From an uncultured archaeon (GTDB lineage Archaea > Asgardarchaeota > Lokiarchaeia > Sigyniarchaeales > SOKP01), in contig CAZALK010000001.1 of the NCBI GenBank assembly GCA_964486045.1, positions 424,242-488,241 of the forward strand: a stretch of 64,000 nt of DNA, in the 5' to 3' direction. The notes beneath the pieces were generated by a model. That model searched no databases. It was not told where the DNA came from and saw only the letters and a list, made by a program, of their open reading frames with translations. Of the stretch, positions 50,690 through 61,263 are shown piece after piece; the first letter of the stretch is position 1; each line of letters begins with the position of its first letter. Position numbers and translations under genes: made by a program.

Positions 50690-51691
50690 TTAAGAATCTT
50701 GGATGAGATCAATGAATTCTTCTTCATCATTCACTTCTTCCAAATTTCTTATTTTTACAATGTGTATATCGTTTCTTTTTGGAATTCCGGGTATTCTAAT
50801 ATTATTATCAATGATATAAAGCGCATTTTTATGAAATAAATCATTAAACATCTTCATGCTATTAAAATTCATCTCATTGATGGTACTCTGCTCTTCGGAA
50901 ATATTTGAAAAAAGTGGATAAAATCCGCCCTTTTCAATTTGTTCAAGCGAGGAAAATAATGATAATTTGAAAGGAACTGTACGCTTTTTATACCAATAAG
51001 AAGACAATCCTATGTCATCAATAATTGTTTTTATGTGGGATTCAAATTCACTTAACTCTTTTTCTTCAGAAATTTCTTTATCAGATATCTCGTTTTTAAT
51101 ATTCCATTTAAAAACGTTGATTTTTTTGAATATAGCATTATTTTCCAAAATACTTAAAATTTTTTCGGCCATTTTTTCAGATGGGCACATACTTTCATTT
51201 TCGTATGCACTTACAATTCTCTTTGCTACTCCTAATTGTTCTGATAACTCTTTTCTTGTAATAGATTGTTCTTCTCTTATTTGTTTCATCAAATTTCCAT
51301 TCAAATATATGACACCACCCCCTCTGCGTGCAAGAATATGGGGAAAAATATTATTAGTAAGAATCTTCTCAAAAGTTTTAAAAGTTATGAATGGTAAACC
51401 GTTCCTTATATATATTGTATTAACTTCTAACTTTTGATACCTGTTTCTAATTCCTATTAATAACGGTTTGGATTTTAATATGAGAGAAAATGATTTGATG
51501 TCTTGGATTATGTCCGGATTTATATTATCAATATTGGGAAAAACTTTCACGCTAAAAACTGAATCGTCTTTTTTGACTAATAAATCAAAACAAAATTTGC
51601 TCTTTTTAGTAGCAAAATTTCCTAACACAAAGGTCTCAAAATTAGCTTTTTTCAGCAAATTGTTAATTTTTTCAATTACAGTGTCAGTCAT
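50690..51691 (-). CDS. Conserved archaeal Cro/XRE HTH transcriptional regulator (COG1395-like)
   Basis: CFDLLVKK..VKVFPNID, ARRGGG, REEQSITRKELSEQLGV..VSAYEN. Confidence 0.85.
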   Translation of the reverse strand: MTDTVIEKINNLLKKANFETFVLGNFATKKSKFCFDLLVKKDDSVFSVKVFPNIDNINPDIIQDIKSFSLILKSKPLLIGIRNRYQKLEVNTIYIRNGLPFITFKTFEKILTNNIFPHILARRGGGVIYLNGNLMKQIREEQSITRKELSEQLGVAKRIVSAYENESMCPSEKMAEKILSILENNAIFKKINVFKWNIKNEISDKEISEEKELSEFESHIKTIIDDIGLSSYWYKKRTVPFKLSLFSSLEQIEKGGFYPLFSNISEEQSTINEMNFNSMKMFNDLFHKNALYIIDNNIRIPGIPKRNDIHIVKIRNLEEVNDEEEFIDLIQDS

Positions 51692-51907
51692 CTAATCCGA
51701 TTACTTAAAATGTTAAGTTATAAATAAATTTTTTTTATGATGTTAATGTGTGCCCACATTTTTAAATTATTTCAGTTTTGGTGATTTTCAATACAATATC
51801 GAAGAGATTTATAAAATGTAATGAGAGTATTTTTGATTTAATAAGGATTTTAACTGATAAATAATTTAAAAACATATTTAAACGAACTATATAGAAGTTG
51901 ATGTTTT

Positions 51908-53152
51908 ATGTTAAAGGTGACTAAAGCCGGTTTTTTACCGATAGAAAAAAGTGAATTTCCGGAGCTTGTTGAAAGGAAAGGTATTGGACATCCTGACACA
52001 GTATGTGATGCTGTTGCTGATGCTTGCTCGAGAGCCTTGTGCGCTTATTATCTTGAGAATTACGATCGTGTCTACCACCATAATGTTGATAAAGCAGCTC
52101 TTGTTGGAGGAACCGCTAAACCTGAATATGGTGGGGGTTTAATTATTCAACCGCAATATTTTTTAATTGTTGGAAGAGCAATAAATCAGATCCTTATAGA
52201 TTGTGGAGATGGTAAAAATAAGCTTGAATATATTCCGGTTGCTACTATCTGTATTGAAACACAGAGAAGAATTTTATCCGAAATATTCAGAAACCTCGAT
52301 TTGAATAGAGATATTCAGTTTGATTATGCAGTTAGACCAGGATCGATAGATTTAACAGGAGTTTTTGATGAATCCCATCATACTAATGATGTTCCACTTG
52401 CTAATGACACTAGTTTCGGAGTAGGCTATGCCCCGTATTCTGATGTTGAAATAATTGCTTTAGAGGCTGAAAAGATGATTAATTCAGATAAATTCAAGAA
52501 GAAATGTAAAGGTTCCGGTGAGGATATTAAAGTAATGGTACAGAGAATTGGAAATGAAGTTGGAATAACAGTAGCGGCAGCTATGGTTAGTAAATACATA
52601 GAAGACGCAAGTGAATATGTTAGTTATACTAACCAAATTAGGGATTCTGTTCTAGATTTAGCCTCAGATATCATTCCAGGACGAGATGTGACTTGTCAAG
52701 TAAATGTGGCGGATAACATTGAGAAAGGTATAATGTTTTTAACCATCACTGGTAGCTCAGCAGAAGCGGGAGATGATGGGGAGGTAGGACGTGGTAACAG
52801 GTCTAATGGACTTATAACTCCTTGCAGAACTATGAGTTTAGAGGCGGTTTGTGGAAAAAATCCAATTAATCATGTAGGAAAATTGTATAATATACTAAGT
52901 ACGGAAATTGCAAGAGAGATTTTTCAACGAGGTCAAGGTGATATAATTGAAGCTCAAGTGAGGTTACTCTCTCAAATAGGTCGTCCTATAACTGATCCGT
53001 GGGTGAATTCTATCGAATTAATTCCAGCAGAAAATGTGAATTTTGAATCAATAAAAAAAGTAGCGGAAGAAGTATCAGCAGAAAAACTAAGTAAAGAGAG
53101 CTTCCTCGACCTAAGAAAAAAGCTCATAGCTGGGGAAATTCAGGTATTTTAA
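51908..53152 (+). CDS. mat: Archaeal S-adenosylmethionine synthetase
   Basis: [46 protein letters not shown]. Confidence 0.96.
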   Translation: MLKVTKAGFLPIEKSEFPELVERKGIGHPDTVCDAVADACSRALCAYYLENYDRVYHHNVDKAALVGGTAKPEYGGGLIIQPQYFLIVGRAINQILIDCGDGKNKLEYIPVATICIETQRRILSEIFRNLDLNRDIQFDYAVRPGSIDLTGVFDESHHTNDVPLANDTSFGVGYAPYSDVEIIALEAEKMINSDKFKKKCKGSGEDIKVMVQRIGNEVGITVAAAMVSKYIEDASEYVSYTNQIRDSVLDLASDIIPGRDVTCQVNVADNIEKGIMFLTITGSSAEAGDDGEVGRGNRSNGLITPCRTMSLEAVCGKNPINHVGKLYNILSTEIAREIFQRGQGDIIEAQVRLLSQIGRPITDPWVNSIELIPAENVNFESIKKVAEEVSAEKLSKESFLDLRKKLIAGEIQVF

Positions 53153-53256
53153 AATTTTATTACACAAATTTAAATTTTTTTCTCATTTTTTATAAAATAT
53201 ATTTATGCATTATTCTTCCTAATTACTAAAAAAAACTTTTTTAAAGTGATAATTGA

Positions 53257-53517
53257 GTGGGATTAGACAAGTGGCTTAAACCAGAAGAAGAAGGTAAAAA
53301 ACCAAACAGAAAAGATACTGCCTCAGCAAAAGAGAAAAGAAGTCCCGATGAAAAAAGTATAAACGTAGATCCTAAAAAAGTATACAGTACTCTAACAAAA
53401 TATAAACTTACCTGTACAAATTCAAAATGTAAATACCAAAAGACGATTATGAAAAAGCAACTCACAGAAATGGATAAAATTTGTCCAAGATGTAGAAAGG
53501 AAATGAAAAATAAATGA
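53257..53517 (+). CDS. Small Zn-ribbon protein
   Basis: CTNSKC...CPRC. Confidence 0.65.
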   Translation: MGLDKWLKPEEEGKKPNRKDTASAKEKRSPDEKSINVDPKKVYSTLTKYKLTCTNSKCKYQKTIMKKQLTEMDKICPRCRKEMKNK

Positions 53518-53550
53518 GTAATTAATTATTTTTTTTTCAAATTCGTGAAT

Positions 53551-53805
53551 TCAAACATCTCTTTCTTTGATGTGGATCTCGGGAAGATTCCCCAGATCAA
53601 ATTCAGCCTCGCAATTTGGACATGTATTAGGTTTTTTGCTATATTTTAAGATGTAATAAACGATAAACCCCACACCTAAGGTTAGGATTACTAAAAAACA
53701 GAGCAGTTCATGATATTGATGTTCAAAATTCTTACGTCGTAATACAACTTCACGCTCACATGTAGGGCAATACACTGTTCTCTTTACTTTTCTCGTATGT
53801 ATCAA
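53551..53805 (-). CDS. LITAF-like zinc-ribbon membrane protein
   Basis: CPTC - hydrophobic segment - CPNC. Confidence 0.65.
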   Translation of the reverse strand: MIHTRKVKRTVYCPTCEREVVLRRKNFEHQYHELLCFLVILTLGVGFIVYYILKYSKKPNTCPNCEAEFDLGNLPEIHIKERDV

Positions 53806-53857
53806 CCCATTTTCTAAACAAGTTATTAATATTTATTTTAAATAAATTGAACTCTAA

Positions 53858-54058
53858 TTAACATAAGGATAACTCAATTTCTTTTATATTTTTCGCTGGT
53901 GTTCCAATATTAACAGAATTTTTATCAAGGTATTGATAACTCTTCGTATCACTTTCCCTTCCTAAAATTTCGTTCTCTTCAATTATTTTGCTATAATAAA
54001 TCGCATTATTCGCGCTCTTTGTAAATCTATCTCTTTGGAAAAATGATATTTTCAACAT
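53858..54058 (-). pseudogene. Possible hexapeptide acyltransferase C-terminal remnant
   Basis: NSVNIGTPAKNIK resembles the xxxGxPA(K/R) tail of left-handed beta-helix acyltransferases. Confidence 0.35.
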
Positions 54059-54336
54059 TTTAAAAAAATTAAGATTTTAATAGAACTATCAATACGGAAA
54101 CTGATTTGAGTGTAATGAAAATTAGCAGGAATTGTTTTGCAGGATATAAAATTGACGATAAACTGGAATATCTTGAATTAAAAAGGCATATTGTCAATAT
54201 TAAAATGCTATTGAAATTGGTAAAAATTATAAAATTAAGGATATTTAGTATGAATTAAGCTTTTTTATACTCGATTCGACCAAAATTTATAAATTAGGGG
54301 AAAGATGTTATGGGGAAATAGGAGATTCTTATTTTA

Positions 54337-54489
54337 TTACTTAAATCCGATAAAGACTTTCTTTTCTTCCTTCTTTTCTTTTTTTTCACCAGAAGACAAT
54401 AAGTTCCACGTATTATCTACCCCTAATTCAGTAAGTTTTTGTCTTTCTTCTTCTATTAGTTCTTCTTCCTTTTTTTTTTCTTCACTCAT
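54337..54489 (-). CDS. Small charged protein (50 aa)
   Basis: Manual translation MSEEKKKEEELIEEERQKLTELGVDNTWNLLSSGEKKEKKEEKKVFIGFK*. Confidence 0.55.
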   Translation of the reverse strand: MSEEKKKEEELIEEERQKLTELGVDNTWNLLSSGEKKEKKEEKKVFIGFK

Positions 54490-54675
54490 TACATTCAATT
54501 ATAAATCTTTTGACTCTACTTATTTAGTAGACCTCACATTTATAAAATTTGGGGAAAGAAAAGGTAAAAATTAGAGATAAAAAAGAATCTTTAACATTCT
54601 GAATAAAGTTTTAAATTTGGAATTTAATAATTTATTAAAAAATTATACTTAAATAAAATATAATAGGGAAAAAGA

Positions 54676-55635
54676 ATGGCAAATTGTGCTCACTGTGGGA
54701 ATGAAATCATGGGAGAACCTATTTATTGCAACAACTGTGGACAAGATTATTGTTCTTTGCATAAAGAACCAATAGATCATGAATGTAACATTGTTAGGGA
54801 AAGTTTAAATGCACAACAAATACAGCAGGCTACTTCTTCCTATGCGGATATAAATCACGTTTCACCTACTCAAAATGAGCAAGAATATCAACAAACCCCT
54901 CCTGGTATAGCTCGTGGAACAACAGACGGAACTTATACATGGTTTCGACAAGAAACCCATGTCCCTACAAATGCTTTTGACCCCAATTCGGGGATTAAGT
55001 TTAAGGGAATCCTACTTCCACATTTATCAGAGTTAATCCATCTTATAATTGCCTCAATTTTGATATTTATTATAGGAATTATGATCTTTTTTAAAACTTC
55101 AGGTTTTACTTGGCCCACTTTTATGCTAGCAGGAATTTATATGACTGCTTTCCTTTTCCATGAATTTGGACATCGACAAGCAGCTGTCCGCTTTAAATTA
55201 CAAACAAAATTTAGATTACTTACATTTGGGATGTTTTTAACTATGTTTTCGCTTATTGCTGGCTTAATGCAATTACCAGTACCATCTCTAGCTTTACCAG
55301 GCGCTGTAGTGGTATTAGGATTAGAAAAAGTTAGTAAAAAAACAGGGTTATGTAAAGCGGCTGGACCAGTAGTAAATCTTGTTTATGGTATTGTTTTATT
55401 TGTAATCTCATTCTTAATTCCAGTTTATCCATTAAACTATCTCTTTGTGATTTCTGCTTATTTGAATTTTATGTTAGGCGCTTTCAATATGCTCCCTGTT
55501 GGTATTTTAGATGGACAAAATATTTTAAAATGGAATAAAAAAGTATATATCCTCTTAGCGACATCCTTAGTGGGACTTTTAATAGTGACATTAGTATTAA
55601 CACAAATCCCGGAGTTGCAACTGCTCTATCAATAG
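54676..55635 (+). CDS. AN1-type Zn finger fused to M50 (site-2) intramembrane metalloprotease
   Basis: CAHC..CNNCGQDYCSLH..HEC; HEFGH, AGPVVN, FNMLPVGILDG. Confidence 0.85.
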   Translation: MANCAHCGNEIMGEPIYCNNCGQDYCSLHKEPIDHECNIVRESLNAQQIQQATSSYADINHVSPTQNEQEYQQTPPGIARGTTDGTYTWFRQETHVPTNAFDPNSGIKFKGILLPHLSELIHLIIASILIFIIGIMIFFKTSGFTWPTFMLAGIYMTAFLFHEFGHRQAAVRFKLQTKFRLLTFGMFLTMFSLIAGLMQLPVPSLALPGAVVVLGLEKVSKKTGLCKAAGPVVNLVYGIVLFVISFLIPVYPLNYLFVISAYLNFMLGAFNMLPVGILDGQNILKWNKKVYILLATSLVGLLIVTLVLTQIPELQLLYQ

Positions 55636-55845
55636 AAATAGGTTCAAATCTCATTTTATTAAAAGAATATTTATCGTTTGAAGAATGAAATTAGGGTTTT
55701 TAGGGTGTATAAAGAAATTAAAAGAAAAAATGAATAATAATAACCTAAAAAATTATCAAGGATTATACTTTTTTAGAATTATACTATTGGATCTTTTTAT
55801 TCATTCTAAAAAGAAAACGATACAAAAATTCATCTGTGATTTAGA

Positions 55846-56793
55846 TTGACGTATTGCGAATTCTGTGGTGATCAAATTGGTTATCTACCTTTTAATTGTA
55901 AATATTGTGGCGGAACTTTTTGTAAGAAACATAGATTGCCTGAAAATCATGAATGCACATTTGAATTGAAGCATGTACCAATTGAACCTGCAACTCCAAG
56001 AACCTCAAAGAATCGTTATCAAGATGTAGATTTTAAAAAAGTTACTTCTCCAGAATATTTAAATCATGGACCTAAGGTATTAAAGAAATATTTAAAAAGA
56101 CAAGAACGAGAAAAACGAAAAACTCTGAAATCTTATGAGAGCAGCCAAAAATCTTATAACAGACCAACTCAATTTTCAGGTACGAAGACCTTATTTTTAA
56201 TGATAATTCTTTTTTCAATTCTTGGAATTATTTTTAGCCTTAATGAGTTTACTCGATATATATATATGAGTTTGCATAGTTTGATTTTTGATTTTACCTA
56301 CCACACATTATTTACAAGTCTTTTTACTAGTGATACAAGTTATCTTGGGTTATTCTTTTTGGTGATAATGTTAATGTTTCTCTATATTATGGCAAGAAAC
56401 ATCGAGGCAAGAAAGGGATCTAAATTTTTGTTTAAGCTCTACATTATTAGTAGCCTATTTTCTGTATTGTTTTATATCATATTGAGATTATCTCTGCATT
56501 TTTATATGCCAATAGAGTTATTTTCGGTATATGTTGGGTTTGCTTGGGGGGGAATATTAGGAATATTATCATACTCACTTTTTCCAATAATGAATCAGCA
56601 AATTACTGCTATGATGTACTTTCTTCCAATTAAATTGAAAGGCAGAACATTTTTGTATATCATCATATTATTTAGATTATTACCGGGTTTATTGCTTGCT
56701 ATTAGCAGTCCTATATATATATTGTTCTATTTACCAGATTTAGGTGGGATTTTGGGAGCTTATGTACTATACAGAACCCAAGTAGGAAGATAA
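55846..56793 (+). CDS. AN1-type Zn finger fused to rhomboid-like domain (probably inactive)
   Basis: CEFC..LPFNCKYCGGTFCKKHRLPENHEC; TLFTSLF; GFAWGG and PDLGG in place of GxSG and HxxG. Confidence 0.75.
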   Translation: MTYCEFCGDQIGYLPFNCKYCGGTFCKKHRLPENHECTFELKHVPIEPATPRTSKNRYQDVDFKKVTSPEYLNHGPKVLKKYLKRQEREKRKTLKSYESSQKSYNRPTQFSGTKTLFLMIILFSILGIIFSLNEFTRYIYMSLHSLIFDFTYHTLFTSLFTSDTSYLGLFFLVIMLMFLYIMARNIEARKGSKFLFKLYIISSLFSVLFYIILRLSLHFYMPIELFSVYVGFAWGGILGILSYSLFPIMNQQITAMMYFLPIKLKGRTFLYIIILFRLLPGLLLAISSPIYILFYLPDLGGILGAYVLYRTQVGR

Positions 56794-56895
56794 GTAAATT
56801 GTTCACCTTTTCTTTTAAATACATAAAAATTATCTATGAGAATGATTTTATTAATGTAATTCATCTGATTTCAAAACATATATAAAATCTAGATA

Positions 56896-57552
56896 ATGCC
56901 CAACAAAGAAATCTCAACCGTTATTGAGTTAAATGAGGATTTACTTGCCAATAACGATAGATTAGCACAGCAAAATAGTAAGGTTTTAAAGGAACTTAAA
57001 ATAAAATCCATTGATTTTGTGGGAGCTATTGGAGCGGGAAAAACAGCAATTATTGAAGCTATAGTAAAGAGAATTTCAGGGAAATACCGAATCCTCGTAA
57101 TTAATGGTGATGTGACTACCAGAATTGATGCTGATAGGATAAGTAACCATGGTGCTACTACAATTCAAATTAACACGGGTCGGGAATGCTCATTAAATTC
57201 GTATCATATTTCTCAAGTTATAAAAAATTACGATTTAAATGAAATTGATATACTGTTTATTGAGAACGTTGGAAATTTAATTTGTCCTTCAGATTTTATC
57301 CTAGGCGTGGATAAAAGAGTTATTATCGTTTCTATTACTGAAGGTCCATGGGTTGTACGTAAACATCCAATGTTATTTAAATCTTCAGATGTAGCTGTAA
57401 TAAATAAAATAGATTTAATAGATGTAATGGATGTGAACATAGAAAAAATGATAGAGGATGCTGAAAAGATCAATCCTAATCTAAAAATTTTTACCACCAG
57501 TGCGTTAACTGAGGAAAATATAGAGAAGCTAATAAATGAGTTATTAGTTTAA
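56896..57552 (+). CDS. hypB: Hydrogenase nickel-incorporation GTPase HypB
   Basis: GAIGAGKT, QINTGREC, ENVGNLICP, NKID. Confidence 0.92.
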   Translation: MPNKEISTVIELNEDLLANNDRLAQQNSKVLKELKIKSIDFVGAIGAGKTAIIEAIVKRISGKYRILVINGDVTTRIDADRISNHGATTIQINTGRECSLNSYHISQVIKNYDLNEIDILFIENVGNLICPSDFILGVDKRVIIVSITEGPWVVRKHPMLFKSSDVAVINKIDLIDVMDVNIEKMIEDAEKINPNLKIFTTSALTEENIEKLINELLV

Positions 57553-57616
57553 ATTAATAATAAAAGTGAAAGAAAATAATATAATAATTAAGTAAAAAAG
57601 TTCTGATGGATATATC

Positions 57617-58033
57617 ATGTCATTTAGACAATATAACACGGAGTTAGGAACTCTAGTAGAAAAAATCGTCAAAGTATATATTGATAAGGATAAATTTTTC
57701 GTTGGACAATTAAAAGGAATTTCAGAAGATTCAAACCTTATTCTTATTAATGCAAAAAATGAAAAAAATAAAGTATTTCCAAAATTGTTTATAAGAAGTA
57801 ATTTTTATAATTTTGTAAGTTTAGAAGAAGAACCATTCCCTATGGTTGCACTGAGCGACCGGATAGCCACTGTTTTCTCTAAGGGACATGTAAATTATAT
57901 TGAAGATCAAAATATAATCTCGATATTAAGTGGTAAAATCGTTGTGGACGAACATGGTGTGAAAGGGACAGGGCCTAGCGCTGAAAGGGTAAAAAAAATT
58001 TATGAACAATTTAAGATGGATCTAGAAGATTAA
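57617..58033 (+). CDS. Lsm/Sm-like protein with C-terminal extension
   Basis: VKVYID..FVGQLKGI...NLILINAK..LFIR Sm1/Sm2 pattern. Confidence 0.8.
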   Translation: MSFRQYNTELGTLVEKIVKVYIDKDKFFVGQLKGISEDSNLILINAKNEKNKVFPKLFIRSNFYNFVSLEEEPFPMVALSDRIATVFSKGHVNYIEDQNIISILSGKIVVDEHGVKGTGPSAERVKKIYEQFKMDLED

Positions 58034-58061
58034 CTATAGTTTTCAAATTTTTTAATTTATT

Positions 58062-58568
58062 TTATTCTTTAAACAATTCTAATAAATTCTTTAGTTGGAT
58101 ACCTGGAATTATATTTTTCATAATCGCCTTCCCTAATGGTGCTACTTTTATTATTCCTAGCTCTTCAAACTTTCTTAAATAATCATTCTCAATTAAAAAT
58201 TGGATATCTGTATCCCAAATTTCATTAAACATTTCTTTAAGATCTTCAATTTTTATATTCTCATCTATTTCTTTGCTTAAAGCTAAAATTAAAGCTAAAG
58301 ATCCGTATTGAGAAGGTGAAACTTTATCATCTTTACCCTCAGAAGTTAAAATATAAAACCTCTGTTCAAGAAATGTTGTTTTAATTAGTTCAAACCCAAT
58401 ATTCTGTAAATTTACATAAATATCGCTCATTATTAGTTCAAAATCAAAATCTTTGCTCAAATTTTTAAGATCTTCTTCTCTAATCATCATTTGAGGATTT
58501 GTTAAAATGATTTTAGTAATATTTTTAATAGCTTCTTCAATATTTTCTAGTTCCATTTTTAAAATCAC
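58062..58568 (-). CDS. Tandem winged-helix KITE-like protein (Nse3/MAGE/ScpB-like)
   Basis: LQNIGFELI....FYILT, YGSLALILAL, FLIENDYL..VAPLG; coupled to an SMC-like gene. Confidence 0.55.
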   Translation of the reverse strand: MILKMELENIEEAIKNITKIILTNPQMMIREEDLKNLSKDFDFELIMSDIYVNLQNIGFELIKTTFLEQRFYILTSEGKDDKVSPSQYGSLALILALSKEIDENIKIEDLKEMFNEIWDTDIQFLIENDYLRKFEELGIIKVAPLGKAIMKNIIPGIQLKNLLELFKE

Positions 58569-60190
58569 TAACTTTCTTGAATTGTTATTACATTTAAGTT
58601 TTTAATTTCTTTTTTCATCTCTAAATTTGAAAGAAGAAATATTAAGTTAAATCCTAAGAAATCTTCCCGGGCAAACAGAGGAAGTATTTTTTTAATAGTT
58701 CTAAATATAGAACCTGCTTTATTAAAATTGCTTGGGATAAATAAATTTGAAAAAATTATATTATTATTTTTTAGTTGAATTTCTATTGATATGAAATATA
58801 TTATGATGAAAAAAATCTTTTCTGGAGTAGTTAATTCCCCGAAAGTGATTTGATTTTTATTATTTCGAGTGAATGACAGCTGAATATTGAATATTTTATT
58901 ATTATCACTTAAAAGCACTTGGAAATGTGATTGTAAATTTATTTTTGACGAAAAAATGTTAATAATATCTTCAAGATCGTTAATTATAATCTCTAACTTT
59001 TGAAAAGATTCAAAAATCTTTTCAAATTCACTTTCATTTTTCCTTAATTTAACTTCATTTTCTATTACACTTGCTGTGTCATTAATCTGATTTAATTTTT
59101 CAATTATACGAGATAAATCCCTCGGATTTTGCGAGTTAATTAAATTATTGGGAATTGATATGGATTTTAGCTCAGAGCTCGTATTGTTAATCTCTTCTTC
59201 GATTTCTTGGATTGATCTAAAGGATTTTAAATCAATTTTTTCATAGTCAGGGTAAGAATCTTTTTCTTTCTCCTTGATTTTTTCTTTTACCTTACTTTTT
59301 AATTCCTCTATTTTATTTGCATCATTCTTTATTAAATCGTTAAGTTTTTGATAATCATGCTTGTATGTCTGATAAAGAGGGTTGAACTCTTCATATTTTA
59401 AGTTTATTTCACTTAATTTTAAGCTCAGTTCCTTGATCTCAATTTGTGCGTCTTTTGCTTTCTTTTGGAATAATTTGATTTTTTGAGCGTTAGATAAATT
59501 ATCATCAATTTCTACTTTTCTCTCTGATTTTTCTTTCTGATTTATAGAATTCCCAGACATCTCTCGAGTTATTTTATTAATGAGGCTAAAGCTATCCTTT
59601 TTTAATTTTGTTAATTCTTGTATCCTTGAGGTATACCCTATTATTGTTTTTGTAAATTGATCTTTTTGATTTTTTCGTTTAACAAAATCCTCTTCTAAAT
59701 ATTTTAATTTCTTTCTGTTGCTTCCCATTGACTTATCTAATTTTTGTAGTAAATCTGTTATAGCTGTAATATCACTAAATTGTTTATATCTTTCTGTAAT
59801 TTCTAATTCTTTTGTCAGTTGTTCTTTTTTTTTTTGAAACTTATTGACTTTGAACAACAGAATCAAGGTTTGAGTAAATTCATTGTAATGAGAAAGGATC
59901 TCAAGATTTTTTTCTAGAATGTTATTAAATTCTTCAAATATGTTCAATAATTCAAGAGATTTCTTTAAATTACTGAATTTACCAGATCCTTTTTGATAAA
60001 CATTGATAAATTTCTCTAGTGAGATTAAATGTAAATCTTTTAAAATTTCGGAGAAAGCTTCATTTTTAAAATTTTCAGCTAATTTTCCTTTAAATTTTCC
60101 CTTAATTAAAGTGAACCTTTCTTGAATTGATATCTCCTTTGAACCAATAGAAACTTTAAAATTTTTTGTCTGAATTTTAAAACACTTTAT
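58568..60190 (-). CDS. Degenerate SMC/Rad50-like coiled-coil protein
   Basis: Frame open upstream of the TTG at 59947 (IKCFKIQTKNFK..FTLIKG); long coiled coil; ELTTPEK at the ABC-signature position. Confidence 0.6.
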   Translation of the reverse strand: MKCFKIQTKNFKVSIGSKEISIQERFTLIKGKFKGKLAENFKNEAFSEILKDLHLISLEKFINVYQKGSGKFSNLKKSLELLNIFEEFNNILEKNLEILSHYNEFTQTLILLFKVNKFQKKKEQLTKELEITERYKQFSDITAITDLLQKLDKSMGSNRKKLKYLEEDFVKRKNQKDQFTKTIIGYTSRIQELTKLKKDSFSLINKITREMSGNSINQKEKSERKVEIDDNLSNAQKIKLFQKKAKDAQIEIKELSLKLSEINLKYEEFNPLYQTYKHDYQKLNDLIKNDANKIEELKSKVKEKIKEKEKDSYPDYEKIDLKSFRSIQEIEEEINNTSSELKSISIPNNLINSQNPRDLSRIIEKLNQINDTASVIENEVKLRKNESEFEKIFESFQKLEIIINDLEDIINIFSSKINLQSHFQVLLSDNNKIFNIQLSFTRNNKNQITFGELTTPEKIFFIIIYFISIEIQLKNNNIIFSNLFIPSNFNKAGSIFRTIKKILPLFAREDFLGFNLIFLLSNLEMKKEIKNLNVITIQES

Positions 60191-60198
60191 ATTTTTAA

Positions 60199-61239
60199 TT
60201 ATTGTTCCTCAAAATGATCTTTATAATGCCGGTATTCTTTTTCTTTTTTTCTTTTTCTTTCCCTAACAAGATCTAGTGGATCTTCTTCATCATCTTTTTG
60301 AATTAAGTATTTATCAGCAAAAGTTTTGTTAAATTTTGATTTAAATTTTTCAATTTTTTCTGAAATTTCTTTGCTGATTTCTATTTCTTTAACTTTTTTG
60401 CCGTTCTTAGTAGTAAAATTTAATTTTTCCCTGTATTTCTTACGTCTCTTTCTATCGAATTCACTATCAGATAGCTTCAAATAATCATCATATGTTTCCT
60501 TATGTTCTTCTTGTTTTTTTTTTAATTTTTTAAATTCTTCTTTTTCTTTTGTTTTTTTTACAATTTCTCTTTTTACCTTCAATTCCTGTTGAGTTAAATT
60601 TTTCTCAATTATTTGAAGAAATTCCTTAAATGACAACTCCTTATCTTCTAAAAAGTTTTTCTTATATTCTTTGATTAATAATGCATCTGTGCCTTTAGGA
60701 ATTTTACTGACTTCTAATTTCAGTTTTTCCTGTACTACTTTTACATAATAAAATTCAACCTTTTTCAAAATTGTCAAAAATAATGAGTTCTGATGCAAAG
60801 AATCCAACATTTCAAACCATTGAGAAACTTCCAAAGAAGGAGTGTAGGAAATTTTATGAATTAATTTACTAATCTTTCTATTTTCAATCAGAAATAATCC
60901 TATTTTTCTTAATGGATCTTCGTTTAATTTTAACTTCTTTATTTTTTCTTGGTTAATCTCCTTGTACTTTCTAATCAACCCCTCTTGAAAATATAACAAT
61001 CTGCTTACATTTTCCTTTGCAATTTTTTGTAGTTTATTTCTTGTAATTATCAACAAATCATATAATTCCTCAACTTGGGAAAGAAATTTTTCTTCTGAAA
61101 AACTTTCCATTGCTGATTGTTTCCATGTTTCGACTTTTAACGATTGATTGGTTAATTGGTGAACTTTAGACTGGAGCACGTCGATAGAAGAGGTAAGCTC
61201 CTTAATTTTTTCAAGATTAAATACTTGATTTTCCATCAT
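60199..61239 (-). CDS. Coiled-coil hypothetical protein
   Basis: 346-aa Lys/Glu-rich ORF. Confidence 0.75.
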   Translation of the reverse strand: MMENQVFNLEKIKELTSSIDVLQSKVHQLTNQSLKVETWKQSAMESFSEEKFLSQVEELYDLLIITRNKLQKIAKENVSRLLYFQEGLIRKYKEINQEKIKKLKLNEDPLRKIGLFLIENRKISKLIHKISYTPSLEVSQWFEMLDSLHQNSLFLTILKKVEFYYVKVVQEKLKLEVSKIPKGTDALLIKEYKKNFLEDKELSFKEFLQIIEKNLTQQELKVKREIVKKTKEKEEFKKLKKKQEEHKETYDDYLKLSDSEFDRKRRKKYREKLNFTTKNGKKVKEIEISKEISEKIEKFKSKFNKTFADKYLIQKDDEEDPLDLVRERKRKKEKEYRHYKDHFEEQ

Positions 61240-61263
61240 TAATTATCTTTGGATTTATTTTCA

